Shown here: positions 26,823 through 32,000 of the stretch, one piece after another
How the letters are laid out: each line of letters opens with the position of its first letter
Numbering within the stretch: position 1 is the stretch's first letter
DNA from: a bacterium
Lineage (GTDB): Bacteria; Bacteroidota; Ignavibacteria; UBA10030
Assembly (NCBI GenBank): GCA_043803945.1
Contig: JAZDJN010000062.1
Coordinates: forward strand, 1 to 32,000
Length of the DNA: 32,000 bases
Reading direction: 5' to 3'
Position numbers and translations under genes: made by a program
The notes under the pieces: model-generated
Database searches by the model: none
The model's input: the letters and a program-made list of their open reading frames with translations, nothing else
Told to the model about the DNA's origin: nothing

Positions 26823-26921
26823 TCCACGAAGAGACACGAATCTTCACGAAGTTTATCTTTGCAGTGTATCATTTCCACTATGAAAATAATACACTGTTTT
26901 AACTTCGTGTAACTTCGTGGA
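26823..26921. promoter_or_regulatory. Cluster of five CACGAA(G) motifs in nested inverted symmetry, upstream of the LTD protein gene
   Basis: TCCACGAAG, ACACGAAT and TCACGAAGTT (26823-26853) face AACTTCGTG and AACTTCGTGGA (26901-21). An inner inverted repeat CAGTGTAT (26862-26869) / ATACACTG (26889-26896) surrounds an AT-rich core. Confidence 0.4.
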
Positions 26922-26959
26922 TACATAGTGAAGAGGAATCACATTCAAGGAGAATTGTT

Positions 26960-28714
26960 ATGAAGAAGACCTGTCTGCTTCTTGTTATACTCATTGCCTC
27001 GGGCAATGCCCAAACCCAACATCTGTCTCTCAGTGAAAACTTCGACCGGATTACAGCACCGCTTCTGCCCAATGGCTGGAGGACAAGTTCAAACCGTTCT
27101 GCCATGGGAGATTTTATTACCACCTCATCTTCTTCCCGCTCCCAGCCAAACACTCTCATCAGCACAAACGCAACAATTACGCAAACACTTACTTCTCCGG
27201 TGTTCGATTTCACAAATCTGGTGCCGGATAAACTAGAGTTATGGATCTCCCGCTCCAGCACCCACACCGCACCATTGCTCGTTGAAGCTTCTCTGGATAG
27301 CGGACGAACATACGGAATCATCGTAAGCGATACTCTTCAAAACAATGGATCATCGGGGTATCAGCAATTTTCACTGACGCTCCCTGCCACCTTTATCAAT
27401 CAACCGGCAGTATCGTTTCGCTGGCGGCTTATCGGCAACCTGAGCGGAGGAACAACCGGCACCTTTCGAATGGACGATATCACCATCACCATTTCAGCAA
27501 TGAACGACTTCGCTCTCATTTCATTACAAGCGATTCCGTTCTTTCGGCTTAACGGACTTCAGCAACAGATTCTCGATGGCTATAACATCGATGCGACCGT
27601 TAAGAATGTAGGAAGGATCGCCGCTGCTCGATTTGCCGTGCAGTTCTTTCTTGACAAAAACAATAATGGCCGTGCTGACACCGACGAACAATTTGCACAG
27701 CTTGATGCAGGACCTCTGGCAATTGCCGATACAGCAATTATCGAGGCCAGGCTTCAATCACTCACACCCGGTCAGCACCGCTGCATTGCTGTACTTGAGT
27801 ATCCTCCCGATGGGAATTCCTTGAATGATACAGCATCGGTGCTGATCACTGCTGGAGCCGATCCTGGCTCGATCATTGTTAATGAGATTATGTTTGATCC
27901 TTTAGAAGGACAGAATGAATGGATAGAATTCTACAACCGGAGCGGAACAGCGATCGATGTGACTCAATGGAAAATCGCAGAGAATTCTGCAGGAGATCAA
28001 TCTGTATCCCAACTTTCGGTTCAGAGCAACACGATTCATCCCAAAGAATATCTTCTCCTTGCTGCAGACTCGACTATTCTTCTGGCTTTTCCCTATCTCA
28101 GAAATCCAGACAGCTCAATTCATCTGTGTATACGTAACCGGAGCAGCGGATTCAACCTCAACAACAGCGGCGACGACCTCTATCTTCTTGATGCAACAAA
28201 TCAGGTGATCGACCATCTCTCCTATTCACCATCGTGGCATTATCCAGACCTTATTCAGACGCGCGGGATTTCATTGGAGCGTATCAGCCCGGAGATTCAT
28301 TCAACCGAGAAGAGTAATTGGAGTTCCTCGTCATCTTCTCTCGGAGGGACACCGGGAAAGTCCAATAGTATTCTAGCCAGGGCTCTGCCCAGCGCTGCCA
28401 CACTCTCGCTGCATCCCAATCCTTTTTCACCCGACAATGATGGATTTGAAGATCATTGCATCATCCAATATCGCCTTCCACTTAAGACCTCACTGCTGCG
28501 CATCAGAGTCTATGATACACAGGGGCGGCTGATCAGGCGGTTGAGCGAATCCGCATTAAGCGGTTCAACCGGCGAAATTATCTGGGACGGATTTGATGAT
28601 GAGAAACGGCGTGCAAGGATAGGTCCCCATATCATCTTCCTCGAAGCAATCGACAGCCAGGGAGGAATGCTGGCAACAGCAAAGGCAGTGGTTGTGGTGG
28701 CAACGAAGTTCTGA
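26960..28714 (+). CDS. Secreted lamin-tail-domain (LTD) protein with a T9SS type-B/CHU_C-like C-terminal domain
   Basis: 584 aa. It has a signal peptide MKKTCLLLVILIASGNAQ and an LTD-like segment IIVNEIMFDPLEGQNEWIEFYNRSGTAIDVTQWKI. The C-terminal NPFSPDNDGFEDHC...IRVYDTQGRLIRRL...IWDG resembles the PNxFSPNGDGxND sorting-domain pattern. Confidence 0.7.
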   Translation: MKKTCLLLVILIASGNAQTQHLSLSENFDRITAPLLPNGWRTSSNRSAMGDFITTSSSSRSQPNTLISTNATITQTLTSPVFDFTNLVPDKLELWISRSSTHTAPLLVEASLDSGRTYGIIVSDTLQNNGSSGYQQFSLTLPATFINQPAVSFRWRLIGNLSGGTTGTFRMDDITITISAMNDFALISLQAIPFFRLNGLQQQILDGYNIDATVKNVGRIAAARFAVQFFLDKNNNGRADTDEQFAQLDAGPLAIADTAIIEARLQSLTPGQHRCIAVLEYPPDGNSLNDTASVLITAGADPGSIIVNEIMFDPLEGQNEWIEFYNRSGTAIDVTQWKIAENSAGDQSVSQLSVQSNTIHPKEYLLLAADSTILLAFPYLRNPDSSIHLCIRNRSSGFNLNNSGDDLYLLDATNQVIDHLSYSPSWHYPDLIQTRGISLERISPEIHSTEKSNWSSSSSSLGGTPGKSNSILARALPSAATLSLHPNPFSPDNDGFEDHCIIQYRLPLKTSLLRIRVYDTQGRLIRRLSESALSGSTGEIIWDGFDDEKRRARIGPHIIFLEAIDSQGGMLATAKAVVVVATKF

Positions 28715-28804
28715 TGAGCAGTGCTACATACACCTGGACAGAGCGAACAAACATCTCTATATTCAGGTAGTTCGATTGAATTCAGTATTTCGATGGACGT
28801 CTGA

Positions 28805-29233
28805 CATGAACATACACTCCCTCACCTGAACACCGTTGCCGAAGTGTATCGAACCACAGGAACGATCTGGGAAAATTACTCTCCCGACGCTCAAGAGCCG
28901 GGCCGCAATACCGACGGCAAACTTGTTATGAAAGATTTTGTGGGTTGGAGTGGCATTGGGCCAATCCTTTACTTCATGGAATATGCCGTAGGGATTAAAG
29001 CAAATGCCGACGCTAACGCATTATACTGGCAGCTTGAATCGAAGAAGCGGGTCGGTTGTGAAGGTTACAGGTTCAACGACCATGTCATCTCCCTGATCGC
29101 AGAGAAGTCAGAAAAAAACCATCGGAAGATTTCCATCGAATCGAACGGAGTTTTTCTCTTGCATCTTCGGACAGGGAACATGAGCAAAACCTATTCGATC
29201 CACGAAGGTCGGAATGAATTGATCATCCGGTAA
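28805..29233 (+). pseudogene. C-terminal remnant of a glycoside hydrolase (GH63/trehalase-like (alpha/alpha)6 barrel family)
   Basis: The open frame begins right after a stop at 28802-28804 and has no plausible full-length N-terminus. VYRTTGTIWENYSPD...KDFVGWSGIGPILYFMEY matches the C-terminal conserved block of this hydrolase class. About 140 aa remain, against more than 400 aa expected. Confidence 0.55.
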
Positions 29234-29531
29234 GCCGATTCTTCACTCGATGACGACTTTGAATGAAGAGCTGTCTTCTGTATATTATCGTCGAGCGCTA
29301 TACCATAGCGAGAAAGTTTGGCGAAATACCCCGTAAATACAGCGAAGAAAATATATGGTAACATTCCAATACTTTAATGATAGGACTGGAGTTATCCCGC
29401 GAGAATACATTGAATCAAAACTAAAAGAATTGCGGGATTAAGGTGTGGAGAGACGATAGCTACTCCTACAAAGAGAACACTGAGGAAGAGCATCTAGAAA
29501 AATCAAATTAATCCTGAGCTAACACCTGAAT

Positions 29532-32000
29532 ATGAGTGATCTTGAAAATATCACTAAGCGATTCGAAGGGCAGTTGGACCTGATTATTCAGAAGCATCAA
29601 TCGGGTAATGGCGGTATCCGTACTTCACTTGCGTTGACCAGGAGGATCGATCAACTGATCGCTTCGCTCGTTGAACGGTTAAATGCGAAAGAGAGAAAAT
29701 CCCTTTGTGTTGTGGCGCTCGGAGGATATGGCCGCAAAGAACTCTGCTTTTACTCCGACATCGACATTATGGTTCTCACGACCGACGAGGAAAGTAAGGT
29801 GATGGTCCAAGGAGCCATTGAAGGATTCCTCCATGCACTCTTTAATGCGGATCTCGATATCGGTCACAGTGTCCGGACAATTCCGGAATGCCTTGAGGTG
29901 GCGGAAACGGATTTCGACATTTTCACCGCGCTGCTGGAATCCCGATTTATCGCCGGCAACCGGAGCATCCTTCTTCGACTCCTTGCACTGTATAAGCCTT
30001 TGAAGCGAGGCGCAAAATCGGCAGACCTCGTTATGCAGTTACTGGCCTCCACTGAGGTACGCCGCGCAAAATACGGAAATTCGACAAAGCTGCTCGAGCC
30101 GAATGTGAAGAACAGTGCCGGCGGATTGCGCGACTTGCACTCCATCCACTGGCTTCTGCGCGGAACAGGTATTCAGCCTTTGTCATCAACGCTTGCTCCG
30201 AATCAAACCGGGATGCTTCAAATGCTCTCATCCCCGCTTATCAAAAAGCAATTTCATCCTCGCTTCATTCGTTCCGTGGTCCATTCGTTTGATTTCCTCC
30301 AGCGCTGCCGGAATGAGATGCATCTTCAATCCAGGTCGCTGCATGACATGCTCGAATTCAACCTTCAGCGCCAGGTCGCCGATGCCCTGCACCATCACGC
30401 AACCCCAACCCGCACCAGCGTTGAGCGGTTTATGCAGGAGTACTACATCAGCACGCGGGTCATCTATCATTTTTCCGAACAAATGCTCGACTGGGTCAAG
30501 GATCATTTCCTTGCCAAAGTGCCGCACCAACCGGTACGGCAGTTGGATAGGAACTTTATCCTTCGCGGAAACCATCTCGATGTTCATGCCCGCCGCTTCA
30601 CCGTCACAAATGAACTTGCTCTCCGGGCATTTTTTTACAGCATTACCGTGCATGCTTCTCTGACCCCCCGGCTCGAAGATACGCTCTCGCATAATGTGAA
30701 GCTTTTTAAACCTTTAAAATCTTCTGTCGAGACAGGATTATTTCGAACATTGCTGCGGCAGGAGCGTGGGGTAAGCCACGCACTTCATACGATGAATGCG
30801 ATGGGAATTCTCTCACGCTGGATACCGGAATGGCGCGATCTTGTCGCCTTCTTCCAGCACAATCAATATCACTATTATACGGCTGACGAACATACGCTGC
30901 GGGTGCTTGCCAATCTTGAAGGACTTGCCGCTGCACAAAATATTTTCGGTGAGGTCTTCCGTAAGATTCCTCAGCGCGACACACTCTATCTTGCCGCATT
31001 ACTCCATGATATTGCCAAACCTCAGCGGATTGGCGATCATGAAATCATTGGAGTAGATATGGCAAGAAAGATTCTTGAACGTATGCGTTCAACGGATGTG
31101 CAGAAGGATGTCCTCTTCCTTGTTCGTCATCACCTCACGATGGAACAGGTCGCCTTTCGGCGGAACCTCCATGACCCTCAAACGATTATGGACTTTGCTG
31201 AAACGTTCGAAACATCCAATCAACTTGATATGCTCTACGTCCTAACCTACGCCGATCTCTGTGCAGTCAATAGAAATGTCTGGAGCGAGTGGAAAGGATC
31301 GCTCCTCCAGGAACTCTATCAATGGACACGGGAGGTGCTCGACAAATCGCTTTCTTCAACGGACTATCATCGGGAAGAACGGCTGCGGTACCAGGATCAT
31401 GTGGAGAGAGTTGTTGAACAGCTTACCGCGACACTCTCCGAATCTGATGCACGGGACCATATCGAATCGTTCGATAGCGCTGAGTACCTCAAGACTTTCG
31501 AGACTGAGGAGATTGCCGAGCATATCCATCGGATCGGTACACAGGAAAAAGTTTCCGTTCTCTTCGACCACCAGGCAGGGCACACCGCCGTAACTGTCAT
31601 TGCGCACGATGAACCGTTCGCCCTGTCAAGATTTTGCGGTGTGTTGAGTGCCAACGACGCGAATATCCTCGATGCCCATATATTCACCCGGAACGATGGA
31701 ATCATCATCGATCAGTTTCGTGTGGCAGACTTCATCACCGGCACTCATATCAATGAAACCCAGTGTGATCGGATCCGGAATGATTTGAAAAGCATTTTCG
31801 CGGAACAATCCGATATCGAGCACCTCCTCGCACGCCACCGGATGAAGTGGAAACGGCGTGCAAAACCTTTGAACCCGAATATCCGGATCGATGTGGAGTT
31901 TGAAGATCATCCACGCTACACGATCATCGATGTTTACGCTCCCGACATGCTCGGATTCTTGTACCGGATCACTTCGTGCATGTCATCGCTGGGATTAAAT
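29532..32000 (+). CDS. glnD: [Protein-PII] uridylyltransferase / uridylyl-removing enzyme (GlnD family), 3' end beyond the window
   Basis: It is not in the ORF track because no stop is reached. My manual translation from the ATG at 29532 stays open for 823 codons to the window edge. It has a nucleotidyltransferase motif (VALGGYGRKELCFYSDIDIMVL, NVKNSAGGLRDLH), an HD domain (YYTADEHTL...LLHDIAKP) and then ACT-like segments (VTVIAHDEPFALSRFCGVL; TIIDVYAPDMLGFLYRIT). Confidence 0.82.
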   Translation, partial: MSDLENITKRFEGQLDLIIQKHQSGNGGIRTSLALTRRIDQLIASLVERLNAKERKSLCVVALGGYGRKELCFYSDIDIMVLTTDEESKVMVQGAIEGFLHALFNADLDIGHSVRTIPECLEVAETDFDIFTALLESRFIAGNRSILLRLLALYKPLKRGAKSADLVMQLLASTEVRRAKYGNSTKLLEPNVKNSAGGLRDLHSIHWLLRGTGIQPLSSTLAPNQTGMLQMLSSPLIKKQFHPRFIRSVVHSFDFLQRCRNEMHLQSRSLHDMLEFNLQRQVADALHHHATPTRTSVERFMQEYYISTRVIYHFSEQMLDWVKDHFLAKVPHQPVRQLDRNFILRGNHLDVHARRFTVTNELALRAFFYSITVHASLTPRLEDTLSHNVKLFKPLKSSVETGLFRTLLRQERGVSHALHTMNAMGILSRWIPEWRDLVAFFQHNQYHYYTADEHTLRVLANLEGLAAAQNIFGEVFRKIPQRDTLYLAALLHDIAKPQRIGDHEIIGVDMARKILERMRSTDVQKDVLFLVRHHLTMEQVAFRRNLHDPQTIMDFAETFETSNQLDMLYVLTYADLCAVNRNVWSEWKGSLLQELYQWTREVLDKSLSSTDYHREERLRYQDHVERVVEQLTATLSESDARDHIESFDSAEYLKTFETEEIAEHIHRIGTQEKVSVLFDHQAGHTAVTVIAHDEPFALSRFCGVLSANDANILDAHIFTRNDGIIIDQFRVADFITGTHINETQCDRIRNDLKSIFAEQSDIEHLLARHRMKWKRRAKPLNPNIRIDVEFEDHPRYTIIDVYAPDMLGFLYRITSCMSSLGLN

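Noticed and set aside
29355-29441. 28-codon ORF (MVTFQYFNDRTGVIPREYIESKLKELRD) upstream of glnD
   Set aside because: It is too short to support without conservation or expression data.
30031-31910. Several 60-180 aa ORFs on both strands in the last 2 kb
   Set aside because: All overlap the 823-codon open frame starting at 29532, which carries clear GlnD-type NTase, HD and ACT motifs. They are alternative-frame shadows.

Overview
The first 5.5 kb is the leader-proximal part of a very large CRISPR array: 83 copies of a 30-nt repeat with 35-37 nt spacers. The window starts inside a spacer, so the array continues to the left. The array is read on the minus strand. A 100-nt leader (5477-5576) and a complete minus-strand type I cas operon follow, in the order cas6-cas5-cas3-cas8(like)-cas7-[RAYT transposase]-cas4-[four-helix-bundle / IVS-type protein]-cas1-cas2. 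This order fits neither canonical I-B nor canonical I-C. The operon also carries two kinds of structured or selfish DNA. First, a REP-associated tyrosine transposase is flanked by GAAGG-N3-CCTTC palindrome doublets, which also occupy the cas2/cas1 and cas5/cas6 junctions. Second, a four-helix-bundle gene is enclosed by inverted arrays of in-register degenerate heptamers. The remaining 17 kb looks like ordinary chromosome: an internally deleted alpha/beta hydrolase, pepT, an OPT peptide transporter, a second RAYT with its own REP family, a TrmH/SpoU methyltransferase, a DUF2339-like membrane protein, an M16 peptidase pair, a secreted lamin-tail-domain protein, a glycoside hydrolase remnant, and glnD, whose 3' end runs off the right edge. 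All functional calls come from reading family motifs in the translated ORFs; no database search or folding program was available. Gene content hints at an FCB-group (Ignavibacteria/Bacteroidota-like) genome, but that is inference only.
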